Shown here piece after piece: positions 37,668 through 46,469 of a stretch of DNA of 64,000 nt. The position numbers were made by a program, and so were the translations under genes. Numbering within the stretch: the stretch's first letter is position 1; the number at the start of each line of letters is the position of its first letter. The notes beneath the pieces are model-generated. The model did not search any database, was not told the DNA's origin, and was given only the letters and a program-made list of their open reading frames with translations. Origin of the DNA: Acutalibacteraceae bacterium (lineage in GTDB: Bacteria > Bacillota > Clostridia > Oscillospirales > Acutalibacteraceae). Where the stretch lies: the NCBI GenBank assembly GCA_045646245.1, contig JAZRKJ010000086.1:9874-73873 (forward strand), in the 5' to 3' direction.

Positions 37668-38775
37668 TTACAATCACTAACTCCTCTCCCTTAAGCTTTA
37701 AAACGCGTTTAAAACGAAGGTTTTTCGGCAATTCGCCGCACACACGCACTGTTTCGCCGCTTTTGCGAAGCTGTTCGGCGGCGTTAATGACAGCTTTCAC
37801 ATTATTGTCACAAACGATAACGGTATCAACGTCAAAGCCCGTATCCTTTTCTTTAAAGCGTTCAAGAGCGTCAAGATAAACCGCAAAGCCCAGCGCCGAA
37901 CTTGTTCTGCCCATTTTACGCATAAGCTTATCATACTGACCGCCCGAGCATACGCTTTCGGGAATACCGTTAATATAACCTTTGAAGACAATACCGCTGT
38001 AGTAGCGCATACCGTAGGTTGAAGAAAAATCAACCACAATACGCTTATGAAGTCCCTTTTCCTTCAGAACGGCGAGAATATCGGTAAAATCTTTAAGTTC
38101 GTCTTTAGCGGTATTTGTAACCGCAATCTTTTCAAAGGATAATATAGCGTTATCAACCGAATCAAAGCTTTCGCAAAACAGTAAAAGAGTTTTCAAAGCA
38201 GAAGAATCCAAAGCGTGGTTTTGGCAAAAATCCTTAATACCGTCGGTGCTTTTACTGCAGATAAGTTCAATAACTTCCTTTTTGCCGTCGTCGGTTAAAT
38301 CGAAAGAATCAAGAACTGCTTTCAGAAAACCGATATGCGACACTTCCAAAATATTATCCTTATCAATTATATCAAGGCTTAAAAGGGCAAGAAGTAAAAC
38401 CTCGCACTTATCATAAAGAGATATATCGCCTATACATTCAAGCCCCGTTTGCATAATTTCCTTAAAGTTATGGGAACTACCCGAAATACGGTAAACGTTT
38501 TCGTTATAGTAAACTTTTTGCACCTGACCGGCTACGTCTTTGCAGTTATTTATTATAGAAAGAGTAACGTCCGGCTTTAAAGCAAGCAGTTTTCCACGTG
38601 TATCGGTAAAGGTTATAACACTGTCTGAAATAAGAAAATCTTTATTGCGAACGTAAAGGTCGTATTCTTCGAATTTACTCATTTTGTACTGACTGTACCC
38701 GAAGCTGCGATAAAGAGAGCGGAGCTTAAAAACCGCTTCTTCGCCGTACTTCAGTAAAGCTTCATCTACTATCAT
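37654..38775 (-). CDS. hisZ: ATP phosphoribosyltransferase regulatory subunit (HisRS paralog)
   Basis: This 373-aa class-II aaRS-like core has no anticodon-binding domain. It is the first gene of the his operon and overlaps hisG by 14 nt. Confidence 0.85.
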   Translation of the reverse strand: MIVDEALLKYGEEAVFKLRSLYRSFGYSQYKMSKFEEYDLYVRNKDFLISDSVITFTDTRGKLLALKPDVTLSIINNCKDVAGQVQKVYYNENVYRISGSSHNFKEIMQTGLECIGDISLYDKCEVLLLALLSLDIIDKDNILEVSHIGFLKAVLDSFDLTDDGKKEVIELICSKSTDGIKDFCQNHALDSSALKTLLLFCESFDSVDNAILSFEKIAVTNTAKDELKDFTDILAVLKEKGLHKRIVVDFSSTYGMRYYSGIVFKGYINGIPESVCSGGQYDKLMRKMGRTSSALGFAVYLDALERFKEKDTGFDVDTVIVCDNNVKAVINAAEQLRKSGETVRVCGELPKNLRFKRVLKLKGEELVIVNEND

Positions 38776-38796
38776 TTTGAGCCTCCGTTGTAAAAA

Positions 38797-38836
38797 ATCA
38801 CTTCATTAGTCTATCACTTCATCGTGATGAAGTCAA
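38797..38836 (-). promoter_or_regulatory. Candidate his operon promoter (-35 TTGACT, 17 nt, -10 TAGACT) interleaved with three copies of ATGAAGTGAT
   Basis: The minus strand reads gtcTTGACTtcatcacgatgaagtgaTAGACTaatgaagtgatttttt. On the plus strand the motif copies lie at 38797-38806, 38813-38822 and, inverted, 38824-38833. Confidence 0.45.
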
Positions 38837-38867
38837 GACCTTTCACGTAAAATTATTACATTTTTTA

Positions 38868-38906
38868 AAATTTCAAAACCTGCGGCGTCAATGCACCACA
38901 GGTTTT
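38868..38906 (-). terminator. Rho-independent terminator downstream of metA
   Basis: The minus strand reads AACCTGTGG-tgcattgacg-CCGCAGGTT followed by TTGAAATTTT. Confidence 0.65.
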
Positions 38907-38913
38907 AAACAAA

Positions 38914-39840
38914 TTACTTGGTATTTTTTATTTCGTTAATATCATACGGTGTGGTTTGATAAACGAAATAATTAAGCCAGTTAGAATAAAGCAAATGAGC
39001 GTGAGAACGCCATTTCACTTCGGGTGCTTTTTCAGGGTCGTTTTCGGGGAAATAATTTTCGGGTATATCAATGGGGTCGCCGCGTTGCAAATCTCGTAAA
39101 TATTCATCCTTCAAAGTGTTTGCGTCATATTCCGAATGACCGGTAATAAACACTTGCTTACCGTTTTCTGTGAGTACGGCGTAAATACCTGCCTTTTGGG
39201 AAGACGCTACTATCTTCAAAGCGGGTACCTTTTCAATATCTTCCCTTTTCACGGTAGTATGACGGGAATGAGGCACGAAAAACTTATCGTCAAAGCCGCG
39301 GAGCAACATTGAATTTTTATAATCGGCAGTATGCTCAAACACGCCGAAAAGCTTACTGTCAAGCGGGTACTTGCCAATGCCGTAATGATAATAAAGTCCG
39401 GCTTGGGCGCCCCAGCATATATGAAAAGTGGAGTGAACGTGGGATTTAGTCCATTCCATAATCTCACAAAGCTCTTCCCAGTATTCAACCTCTTCAAACT
39501 CCATTTTTTCAACGGGAGCCCCCGTTATAATCATTCCGTCAAAATATTGTTCCTTAACGTCTTCAAAGGTTTTATAAAAAGCAAGAAGATGTTCCGAAGA
39601 AGTGTTTTTGGAATGATAGGTGCTTGTATGAATAAGTTCAAGCTCCACCTGCAACGGAGTATTACCCAAAAGACGGGAAAGCTGGGTTTCGGTAGCAATC
39701 TTATTAGGCATAAGATTAAGAAGAAGTATTCTTAAAGGACGAATATCCTGAGTCACCGCACGTTGTTCGTCCATAACGAATATATTTTCGTTAAGAAGCG
39801 TTTTTACGGCGGGTAAATCATTGGGTATTCTTATTGGCAT
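38914..39840 (-). CDS. metA: Homoserine O-acyltransferase (MetA type)
   Basis: It starts [11 protein letters not shown] and contains [10 protein letters not shown]. The active-site Cys region is [17 protein letters not shown]. Confidence 0.92.
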   Translation of the reverse strand: MPIRIPNDLPAVKTLLNENIFVMDEQRAVTQDIRPLRILLLNLMPNKIATETQLSRLLGNTPLQVELELIHTSTYHSKNTSSEHLLAFYKTFEDVKEQYFDGMIITGAPVEKMEFEEVEYWEELCEIMEWTKSHVHSTFHICWGAQAGLYYHYGIGKYPLDSKLFGVFEHTADYKNSMLLRGFDDKFFVPHSRHTTVKREDIEKVPALKIVASSQKAGIYAVLTENGKQVFITGHSEYDANTLKDEYLRDLQRGDPIDIPENYFPENDPEKAPEVKWRSHAHLLYSNWLNYFVYQTTPYDINEIKNTK

Positions 39841-39862
39841 AAATCAAGTCAACTCTCTTTAA

Positions 39863-41146
39863 TTAAATATTATCAAGGGCGTTTTTAATGTCATTTATAA
39901 GGTCTTCGCTGCTCTCCAAACCGCAAGAAAAACGAACAAGGTCGGGAGAAACGCCTGCTGCGGTAAGCTCTTCGTCACTCATTTGACGGTGAGTTGCGCT
40001 GGCGGGATGCAAACAACAGCTTCTTGCGTCGGCAACGTGGGTTTCAATAGCGGCTATTTTAAGACCTGCCATAAACTTTTCGGCTGCTGCTCTTCCGCCC
40101 TTTACGCCGAAGCTGACAACGCCGCAAGAACCGTTAGGTAAATACTTTTTAACAAGCGCTTCGTCTTCGCTTCCCTCAAGACCGGGGTAAACAACCCAAG
40201 AAATTCTGTCATCGTTTTTAAGGAAACGCGCAACCGCCATACCGTTTTCGCAATGACGTTGCATTCTTACGTGAAGGCTTTCAAGTCCCAGATTTACAAG
40301 ATAAGCGTTTTGGGGAGATTGGATAGAACCTAAATCTCTCATAAGCTGGGCGGTAGCTTTGGTAATATAAGCGCCCTCAATGCCAAAACGTTCGGTGTAG
40401 GTTACGCCGTGGTAGCTATCATCGGGAGTGCAAAGACCGGGGAATTTTTCAGGATATTTAGTCCAATCAAATTTACCCGAATCAACAATACAGCCGCCGA
40501 CACCGCTTCCGTGACCGTCCATATACTTAGTGGTAGAGTGGGTCACAATATCTGCGCCCCATTCAAAAGGACGGCAATTAACGGGTGTAGCAAAAGTATT
40601 ATCAATAATAAGCGGTACTCCGTTTGCGTGAGCAACACGGGCAAACTTTTCAATATCAAGAACAACAAGCGCGGGGTTTGCAATAGTCTCGCCGAATACC
40701 GCCTTGGTATTTTCGCGGAATTCTTTCTGTAAATCCTCCTCGCTTATATCGGGGGAAACAAAAGTAAAGTCAATTCCCATTCGCTTCATTGTAACGGCAA
40801 AAAGATTATAAGTTCCGCCGTAAATAGCTGAAGAAGCAATTACGTGGTCGCCGCAAGAAGCAATATTAAACACGCTGTAAAAACTTGCCGCCTGACCGGA
40901 AGAAGTAAGCATAGCGGCTGTACCGCCTTCCAGTTCGCAAATTTTGGCAGCTACGGTATCATTGGTAGGGTTTTGAAGACGGGAATAAAAATAACCCGAT
41001 GCTTCAAGGTCAAAAAGCTTACCCATTTCGCTTGAAGATTCATATTTAAAAGTAGTGCTTTGAATTATGGGTACCTGACGCGGTTCACCGTTACCGGGAC
41101 GGTAGCCACCCTGAACACAACGTGTATCAATATTATAATTACTCAT
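39863..41146 (-). CDS. metY: O-acetylhomoserine sulfhydrylase (aminocarboxypropyltransferase)
   Basis: This belongs to the Cys/Met-metabolism PLP family, with YSRLQNPT and the PLP-lysine block HSTTKYMDGHGSG. The protein is 427 aa. Confidence 0.9.
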   Translation of the reverse strand: MSNYNIDTRCVQGGYRPGNGEPRQVPIIQSTTFKYESSSEMGKLFDLEASGYFYSRLQNPTNDTVAAKICELEGGTAAMLTSSGQAASFYSVFNIASCGDHVIASSAIYGGTYNLFAVTMKRMGIDFTFVSPDISEEDLQKEFRENTKAVFGETIANPALVVLDIEKFARVAHANGVPLIIDNTFATPVNCRPFEWGADIVTHSTTKYMDGHGSGVGGCIVDSGKFDWTKYPEKFPGLCTPDDSYHGVTYTERFGIEGAYITKATAQLMRDLGSIQSPQNAYLVNLGLESLHVRMQRHCENGMAVARFLKNDDRISWVVYPGLEGSEDEALVKKYLPNGSCGVVSFGVKGGRAAAEKFMAGLKIAAIETHVADARSCCLHPASATHRQMSDEELTAAGVSPDLVRFSCGLESSEDLINDIKNALDNI

Positions 41147-41192
41147 AATAATTCCTCCTATATTTTATATAATTAAAAACTATCTCATATTA

Positions 41193-41220
41193 AGTATACT
41201 CAACTTTTTTAATTCGTCAA
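41193..41220 (-). promoter_or_regulatory. Candidate promoter of metY-metA (-35 TTGACG, 16 nt, -10 TATACT)
   Basis: The minus strand reads cacTTGACGaattaaaaaagttgagTATACTtaat. This implies a leader of only ~40 nt. Confidence 0.45.
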
Positions 41221-41304
41221 GTGAAAATAAAACAATAACCGACGCAAAAAACTGTTATATTTCAACAAAAAATCACAAAAGTTGCATATTTTGATATTTT
41301 TCTC

Positions 41305-41333
41305 TTGCAATACACAACAGGTTGTGGTATTAT
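41305..41333 (+). promoter_or_regulatory. Candidate pflB promoter (-35 TTGCAA, 17 nt, -10 TATTAT) with a perfect inverted repeat in the spacer
   Basis: The sequence is TTGCAAtaCACAACagGTTGTGgTATTAT. The inverted repeat CACAAC-AG-GTTGTG lies at 41313-41326. Confidence 0.5.
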
Positions 41334-41342
41334 ACCATTACA

Positions 41343-41410
41343 AACCGTACGCTGACGGGTATGTGAATTGACACAGTGCGTACGGTTACGGGTTGTATAC
41401 CGTCCGTCTG
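41343..41410 (+). promoter_or_regulatory. Structured 5' leader of pflB
   Basis: A 10-bp perfect stem forms between AACCGTACGC (41343-41352) and GCGTACGGTT (41378-41387). A competing or pseudoknot pairing exists between GACGGGTAT and ATACCGTC. An imperfect ~19-nt direct repeat is also present (CGTACGCTGACGGGTATGT / CGTACGGTTACGGGTTGTA). Confidence 0.4.
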
Positions 41411-41496
41411 GGTAGTTGAGTTTTTGCTTGGCTACTTATTTTTATGCTCTGATATATGTTTCTTTTTTAACAATTACTCTTTTTGGAGGTTTTATT

Positions 41497-43728
41497 ATGA
41501 AATTTGATGCTTGGAAAGGTTTTAAATGCGGTAAATGGCAAGACTCCATTGACGTACGCGACTTTATTCAAAACAACTATCATCCTTACGAGGGCGACGG
41601 TTCTTTCCTTTGCGCCGCTACCGAGCGTACTTCTGCTCTGCTTGAAAAATTCAGAATTCTCCAAAAGAAAGAGCAGGAAAACGGCGGCGTTCTTGACATT
41701 GACGTTAACACCGTATCCTCCCTTTGCGCTTATGCTCCCGGTTATCTTGATAAAGAAAACGAAATTATCGTAGGTTTCCAAACGGACGAGCCTTTAAAAC
41801 GCGGTGTTAACCCCTTCGGAGGTATACGTATGGCGCGTTCCTCCTGCGAAGCATACGGTTATAAGCTGTCCGAAAGAATTGAAGATTCTTTTAAATTCCG
41901 TACCACCCATAACGACGGTGTATTCAGAGTATACACCGACGAAATGAAGGCGGCACGTCACTGCGCCCTTCTCACCGGTCTTCCCGACGCTTACGGCAGA
42001 GGAAGAATTATAGGTGACTATCGCCGAATTGCCCTTTACGGCATTGATTTTCTTATTGAAGAAAAGAAGAAGGATAAGGCAGAACTGGGCAAAAATCTTA
42101 TGACCGCCGATAATATCCGTCTTCTTGAAGAGCTTGCTCAGCAAATCAAGTTTTTAGGTCTTATTAAAGAAATGGCGGCTATGTACGGCTTTGATATTTC
42201 TCTCCCCGCCACAAACACAAAGGAAGCTGTTCAATGGACTTATTTCGGTTATCTTGCCGCCAATAAAGAACAAAACGGCGCCGCAATGTCCTTTGGCAGA
42301 ACCAGCACCTTCTTTGATATTTATATTGAACGTGACCTTGAAAACGGTGTTTTAACCGAAAGCGAAGCTCAAGAGATTATTGACGACCTTGTTATTAAGC
42401 TTCGTATGGCACGTCACCTTCGCACCCCCGAATACAACGAGCTGTTTGGCGGCGACCCAATGTGGATTACCGAAAGTATCGGCGGTATGGGTGAAGACAA
42501 CCGTACTCTGGTTACCAAATCTTCCTTCCGTATTCTTCATACTTTGCGTAATTTAGGCCCTGCTCCCGAACCCAACTTAACCGTTTTGTGGAGCGAACGT
42601 CTACCCGAAGCCTTTAAGGCTTACTGTGCTGAAATTTCCATTGATACCGACTCTATCCAGTACGAAAACGACGATATTATGCGTCCTTCTTACGGGGACG
42701 ACTACGCTATCGCTTGCTGTGTTTCGGCTATGAAGGTTGGTAAGCAAATGCAGTTCTTTGGTGCAAGAACCAATCTTGCAAAGCTATTGCTTCTCGCTAT
42801 TAACGGCGGTACCGATAATATGTTCGGCACCAAAATAGGTCCTCAAATGGGCCCCGTTAAAGGCGAAGTTTTGGATTATAAAGAAGTGCGCGAACGTTTC
42901 AAGGTTTACCTTGAATGGCTTGCCGCACTTTACGTTAATACAATGAACTGCATACATTATATGCACGATAAATATGCTTATGAAAAGAGCCAAATGGCGC
43001 TTCATGATACTCACGTTGAACGCCTTATGGCGTTTGGTGTTGCGGGACTTTCGGTTGCTGCTGACTCGTTATCGGCTATAAAGTACGCAACCGTTAAGCC
43101 GGTAAGAAACGAAGAAGGACTTATCGTTGATTTTATTACCGAAGGCGACTTCCCCAAATTCGGTAACGACGACGACAGAGTTGATATGATTGCTCACGAC
43201 CTTCTCCACGAAGTATCGGTTGAATTAAAGAAAACCCCCACCTACAAAAATGCCGTTCATACTCTTTCTGCCCTTACAATTACTTCCAACGTTATGTACG
43301 GAAAGAAAACAGGCAGCACTCCCGACGGCAGAAAAGCCGGCGAAGCCTTTGCCCCGGGCGCTAACCCAATGCACAACCGTGAAGTTAACGGCGCTGTTGC
43401 TTCCCTTAATTCGGTATCTAAGCTTTCTTATCTTGACGCCAGAGACGGTATTTCCAACACCTTCTCCATTGTTCCCGACGCCTTAGGAAAGACAAAGAAG
43501 GAGCAAATCGACAACCTCGTTACAATAATGGGCGGTTATTTCGGAAATTGCGCTCATCACCTTAACGTTAACGTTATGAACCGTGAGCTTCTTATTAAAG
43601 CTTATGACCACCCCGAAGACTATCCCAACCTTACCATTCGTGTTTCGGGATATGCGGTTAACTTCTGCAAGCTTTCCCGTGAGCAACAAAGAGAAGTTAT
43701 TTCCCGTACCTTCCATGAATCCTGCTGA
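41497..43728 (+). CDS. pflB: Pyruvate formate-lyase (formate C-acetyltransferase)
   Basis: The active site has the Cys-Cys pair ([12 protein letters not shown]), and the glycyl-radical motif is [11 protein letters not shown]. The start is ATG 41497 after a GGAGG RBS. The track start at 41416 lies in the leader. Confidence 0.93.
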   Translation: MKFDAWKGFKCGKWQDSIDVRDFIQNNYHPYEGDGSFLCAATERTSALLEKFRILQKKEQENGGVLDIDVNTVSSLCAYAPGYLDKENEIIVGFQTDEPLKRGVNPFGGIRMARSSCEAYGYKLSERIEDSFKFRTTHNDGVFRVYTDEMKAARHCALLTGLPDAYGRGRIIGDYRRIALYGIDFLIEEKKKDKAELGKNLMTADNIRLLEELAQQIKFLGLIKEMAAMYGFDISLPATNTKEAVQWTYFGYLAANKEQNGAAMSFGRTSTFFDIYIERDLENGVLTESEAQEIIDDLVIKLRMARHLRTPEYNELFGGDPMWITESIGGMGEDNRTLVTKSSFRILHTLRNLGPAPEPNLTVLWSERLPEAFKAYCAEISIDTDSIQYENDDIMRPSYGDDYAIACCVSAMKVGKQMQFFGARTNLAKLLLLAINGGTDNMFGTKIGPQMGPVKGEVLDYKEVRERFKVYLEWLAALYVNTMNCIHYMHDKYAYEKSQMALHDTHVERLMAFGVAGLSVAADSLSAIKYATVKPVRNEEGLIVDFITEGDFPKFGNDDDRVDMIAHDLLHEVSVELKKTPTYKNAVHTLSALTITSNVMYGKKTGSTPDGRKAGEAFAPGANPMHNREVNGAVASLNSVSKLSYLDARDGISNTFSIVPDALGKTKKEQIDNLVTIMGGYFGNCAHHLNVNVMNRELLIKAYDHPEDYPNLTIRVSGYAVNFCKLSREQQREVISRTFHESC

Positions 43729-43729
43729 T

Positions 43730-44440
43730 ATGAAGGAATGTCGCATAAATTCTTTTCAAAGCTTGGGTACGGTTGACGGCCCCGGAGTAAGATGCGTAGT
43801 GTTTATGCAGGGTTGTCCCCTTCGGTGTCATTGTTGCCATAACCCCGAAACCTGGGATTTATCTGGCGGCGAAGTGATTTCTTCAAGCCAACTTCTCCAT
43901 AAAATAATCCGTTGTAAGAGTTATTTCGGTAATAAGGGCGGCGTTACCTTTTCGGGCGGCGAGCCATTGGTTCAAAGCGAATTTCTTTTAGAGTTTATCC
44001 CGCTTCTTAAAAGTGAAGGTATTCACGTTTGCATAGATACAAGCGGCTGCATTTTAAACGAAAGCGCAAAAAAGGTTATAGAGCTTTGTGACCTTGTTCT
44101 GCTGGACTATAAATACACTAACGTTAACGACTACAAAAAATACACCGGTATGGATTTAACCAAAACAGATGAGTTTTTAAGTTTTCTAAACCGAATAGGA
44201 AAACCAACTTGGATTAGACAGGTTATTATCCCAGACGTTAACGATAACGAAGCTTCGCTTAGGCTATTGGCGGAGCTGAAAAATAAGTATTCCTGCATTG
44301 AAAAGTTTGAACTTCTCCCCTTCAGAAAGCTGTGTATAGAAAAATACAAAAATTTATCCCTAAGCTTTCCGTTTGAAAATATTAGGGAAGCCACAAAGGA
44401 AGATATAGAAAATTGCAAAAAACTTGCCTCGTTTACTTAA
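43730..44440 (+). CDS. pflA: Pyruvate formate-lyase activating enzyme (radical SAM)
   Basis: It has GPGVRCVVFMQGCPLRCHCCHNPETW (the CxxxCxxC cluster) and FSGGEPL. The ATG lies 1 nt after the pflB stop. ATG 43715 is an alternative start. Confidence 0.88.
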   Translation: MKECRINSFQSLGTVDGPGVRCVVFMQGCPLRCHCCHNPETWDLSGGEVISSSQLLHKIIRCKSYFGNKGGVTFSGGEPLVQSEFLLEFIPLLKSEGIHVCIDTSGCILNESAKKVIELCDLVLLDYKYTNVNDYKKYTGMDLTKTDEFLSFLNRIGKPTWIRQVIIPDVNDNEASLRLLAELKNKYSCIEKFELLPFRKLCIEKYKNLSLSFPFENIREATKEDIENCKKLASFT

Positions 44441-44455
44441 CGAGGCAAGTTTTAT
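44422..44455. terminator. Bidirectional terminator between the convergent pflA and spo0A genes
   Basis: ACTTGCCTCG-tttacttaa-CGAGGCAAGT is followed by TTTTATTT. The left arm lies within the last pflA codons. Confidence 0.75.
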
Positions 44456-45229
44456 TTATATAACCTTTATGCTGAGCCTTAAATTATCAGCCATCATTGC
44501 AATAAATTCCGAATTGGTAGGTTTTCCTCTTTGATACTGAATGGTATAACCGAAATACGATTCCAAAACCGAAGTATCTCCTCTATCCCAAGCAACTTCT
44601 ATTGCGTGACGAATTGCGCGTTCAACCCTTGAAGGTGTAGTGCAAAAACGCTTTGCAACAGTCGGGTAAAGAAGCTTTGTGACCGAATTTATCATTTCTG
44701 TGTCATTCACTGAAAGTATTATAGCGTCACGCAAATAACTATATCCCTTAATATGTGCGGGAATCCCCACTTTATGAATAATATCGGTTACCATGATTTC
44801 AAGCTGGTTGTCGCTAACGTTTTTAGGGGGATGATTTTTGAAAATATCTTTTCTGCAAAATCCTGACAATTCACTGATTCTTTCGGCTAAAAAACGCAGA
44901 TCAAAGGGTTTTACAAAATAATATGTAGCGCCCGACTCAATTGCTTCCCTTTCAAGACGGGGATTGTCGAAGCCCGCCATTACGAAAAACGCAGGTTTAC
45001 ATTCACCTTTTGCAAATACCGACTGCATAACGCTTATTATATCTGCGCTGGGCATAAAAACGTCTGCAAGAACAATATCGGGTTTTATTTCCGAAATTAC
45101 GTTCATAAGCGTTTTCCCGTCTTTTTCACAGGTATAAACATCCATATTTCTTTCTCTCAGCGCTGTGACACAATTTTTACCAAATTCAGTATTATCATCA
45201 GCTATTAAAATTTTACAACTATTTGACAT
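44456..45229 (-). CDS. spo0A: Sporulation master response regulator Spo0A
   Basis: The receiver domain shows ILIADDN...[10 protein letters not shown]...VKPFD. The Spo0A-specific C domain shows [22 protein letters not shown]...[20 protein letters not shown]. Confidence 0.93.
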   Translation of the reverse strand: MSNSCKILIADDNTEFGKNCVTALRERNMDVYTCEKDGKTLMNVISEIKPDIVLADVFMPSADIISVMQSVFAKGECKPAFFVMAGFDNPRLEREAIESGATYYFVKPFDLRFLAERISELSGFCRKDIFKNHPPKNVSDNQLEIMVTDIIHKVGIPAHIKGYSYLRDAIILSVNDTEMINSVTKLLYPTVAKRFCTTPSRVERAIRHAIEVAWDRGDTSVLESYFGYTIQYQRGKPTNSEFIAMMADNLRLSIKVI

Positions 45230-45262
45230 ATTTTGAACTCCTTTTTCAAATTTTGTAACTGC

Positions 45263-45291
45263 ATTATACCACGTACTTTAACTTATTTCAA
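45263..45291 (-). promoter_or_regulatory. Candidate sigma-A promoter of spo0A (-35 TTGAAA, 17 nt, -10 TATAAT)
   Basis: The minus strand reads tacTTGAAAtaagttaaagtacgtggTATAATgcag. Confidence 0.5.
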
Positions 45292-45360
45292 GTATTTTTT
45301 GGAAATAATACAAGTTTTTCTCAAAAACTTTTAAACAAATTCCGATATTTTTCAAATATT

Positions 45361-45407
45361 TTCGACATATATTTACATAAAAACAAATTACTAAGGATAA
45401 TTCGACA
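45361..45407 (-). promoter_or_regulatory. Two 0A boxes (TGTCGAA) upstream of spo0A
   Basis: TTCGACA occurs on the plus strand at 45361-45367 and 45401-45407, which is TGTCGAA in the spo0A orientation. Confidence 0.6.
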
Positions 45408-45415
45408 CAGTAAGT

Positions 45416-45443
45416 TAAAAAAATACCGCAGATTGCTCTGCGA
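45416..45443 (-). terminator. Weak terminator hairpin downstream of the AraC gene
   Basis: The minus strand reads CGCAGA-gcaa-TCTGCG followed by GTATTTTTTT. The stem is only 6-7 bp. Confidence 0.45.
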
Positions 45444-45504
45444 TAATTTTTCAATTATTTCTTTTCAATTACGTAAACTGCGCCGTCGCTTTTACTTATT
45501 CGTT

Positions 45505-46344
45505 TTAAACCGACGCTATTCTTTTTCTGTACTCTCTGGGAGAAAAGGCAGTCTTTTTCTTAAACAAGGCGGAAAAATAACAATTATCATTATACCCAAC
45601 CCTCTCAGCAACTTCCGACACCGAAAGCGAAGTATCACGCAGAAGCCTTTTCGCAATATTGACCTTTTGGTTCAATTGATAATTATAAGGCGTTGTTCCG
45701 AACTCTTTTTTAAAAAGTTTAACACAATAATCCTCCGAACGGTAAATAAGCTCGGCAAGAGTTTTGTTGCTTATTACGGTATCGGTATTGGTATCCAAAA
45801 AAGCTTTTAACTTTGCGCCTTCATTGCTATAAAGAGTAAGTTCACTTTTTTCCGAAAGACGGGACAGCATTTCCACAAAAATTGCCGCCACCTTGCCTTC
45901 GTCGCACACCTGTTTTTCGTCACATTGTGAAATTTTTGCAACCTTTAAAAATAAATCTTTCATACCTTCGCCGTCAAAAAGCCACTTTCCCTTTAAGCCA
46001 TATTCTTCTATCAATACAGGCGGGAGTACACCGCCGACGTTTATAAAAATCTTTTCCCACGGGTCAGTATGGGAGGAATAATAATTTTGGTTTGCGCCTT
46101 GAGGAAGCAAATAAACGCTGTCGGCAAAAACAGCAACGTCTTCCCCGTTTACCGTAACGTATCCGTGCCCTTTTACAATATACTCAATAACGGTGGTGGT
46201 GGAATTATCACGGCGGATATGATAACTGCCATCACAATAGGAAATTCCCGTAAGCTGTACCCTTATGGGTGATTTCCCGCATTTACCGTATACTCTTAAA
46301 GTTTCCTTCATTTTCTCACTCGTTTCTTTTTTTCCATATATCAT
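45505..46344 (-). CDS. AraC-family transcriptional regulator (cupin sensor plus HTH)
   Basis: The C-terminal HTH blocks are LAELIYRSEDYCVKLFKKEFGTTPYNY and VSEVAERVGYNDNCYFSALFKKKTAFSPREYR. Confidence 0.85.
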   Translation of the reverse strand: MIYGKKETSEKMKETLRVYGKCGKSPIRVQLTGISYCDGSYHIRRDNSTTTVIEYIVKGHGYVTVNGEDVAVFADSVYLLPQGANQNYYSSHTDPWEKIFINVGGVLPPVLIEEYGLKGKWLFDGEGMKDLFLKVAKISQCDEKQVCDEGKVAAIFVEMLSRLSEKSELTLYSNEGAKLKAFLDTNTDTVISNKTLAELIYRSEDYCVKLFKKEFGTTPYNYQLNQKVNIAKRLLRDTSLSVSEVAERVGYNDNCYFSALFKKKTAFSPREYRKRIASV

Positions 46345-46375
46345 ACTAAAATAACAAGGATTTTAAATAATTATA

Positions 46376-46407
46376 AATTGTTTTTCTAAACTTTGCAATT
46401 GTTTTTC
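46376..46407 (+). promoter_or_regulatory. Direct repeat AATTGTTTTTC x2 phased at 21 bp, a candidate AraC-type site abutting the -35 region of the DUF4965 gene promoter
   Basis: Copies lie at 46376-46386 and 46397-46407. A TATAAT-like -10 (gatATATAATta) follows ~25 nt downstream. Confidence 0.4.
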
Positions 46408-46469
46408 ACTACAAAGTCAAAAAAAGCGGATATATAATTAAATAAAAAAGATTATTGGAGGAAAGCTTT

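Noticed and set aside
38776-38913. T-box or attenuator leader for the his operon
   Set aside because: The spacer is only 138 bp and is largely taken up by the metA terminator and the promoter. No specifier-loop or T-box sequence (AGGGTGGNACCGCG-like) is present.
41362-41375. TGTGAATTGACACA in the pflB leader as a Rex or CRP/FNR box
   Set aside because: It is TGTG-N6-CACA, whereas Rex and CRP/FNR sites have TGTG-N8-CACA geometry. It also lies inside the loop of the 10-bp leader stem, downstream of the promoter.
41416-41496. 27-codon N-terminal extension of pflB; similarly 43583-43729 for pflA, 56478-56705 for the GH2 gene and 21084-21197 for the acyltransferase-like gene
   Set aside because: Each extension runs through leader or promoter sequence or overlaps the preceding gene. 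The internal starts have proper RBSs and coincide with the start of recognisable homology.
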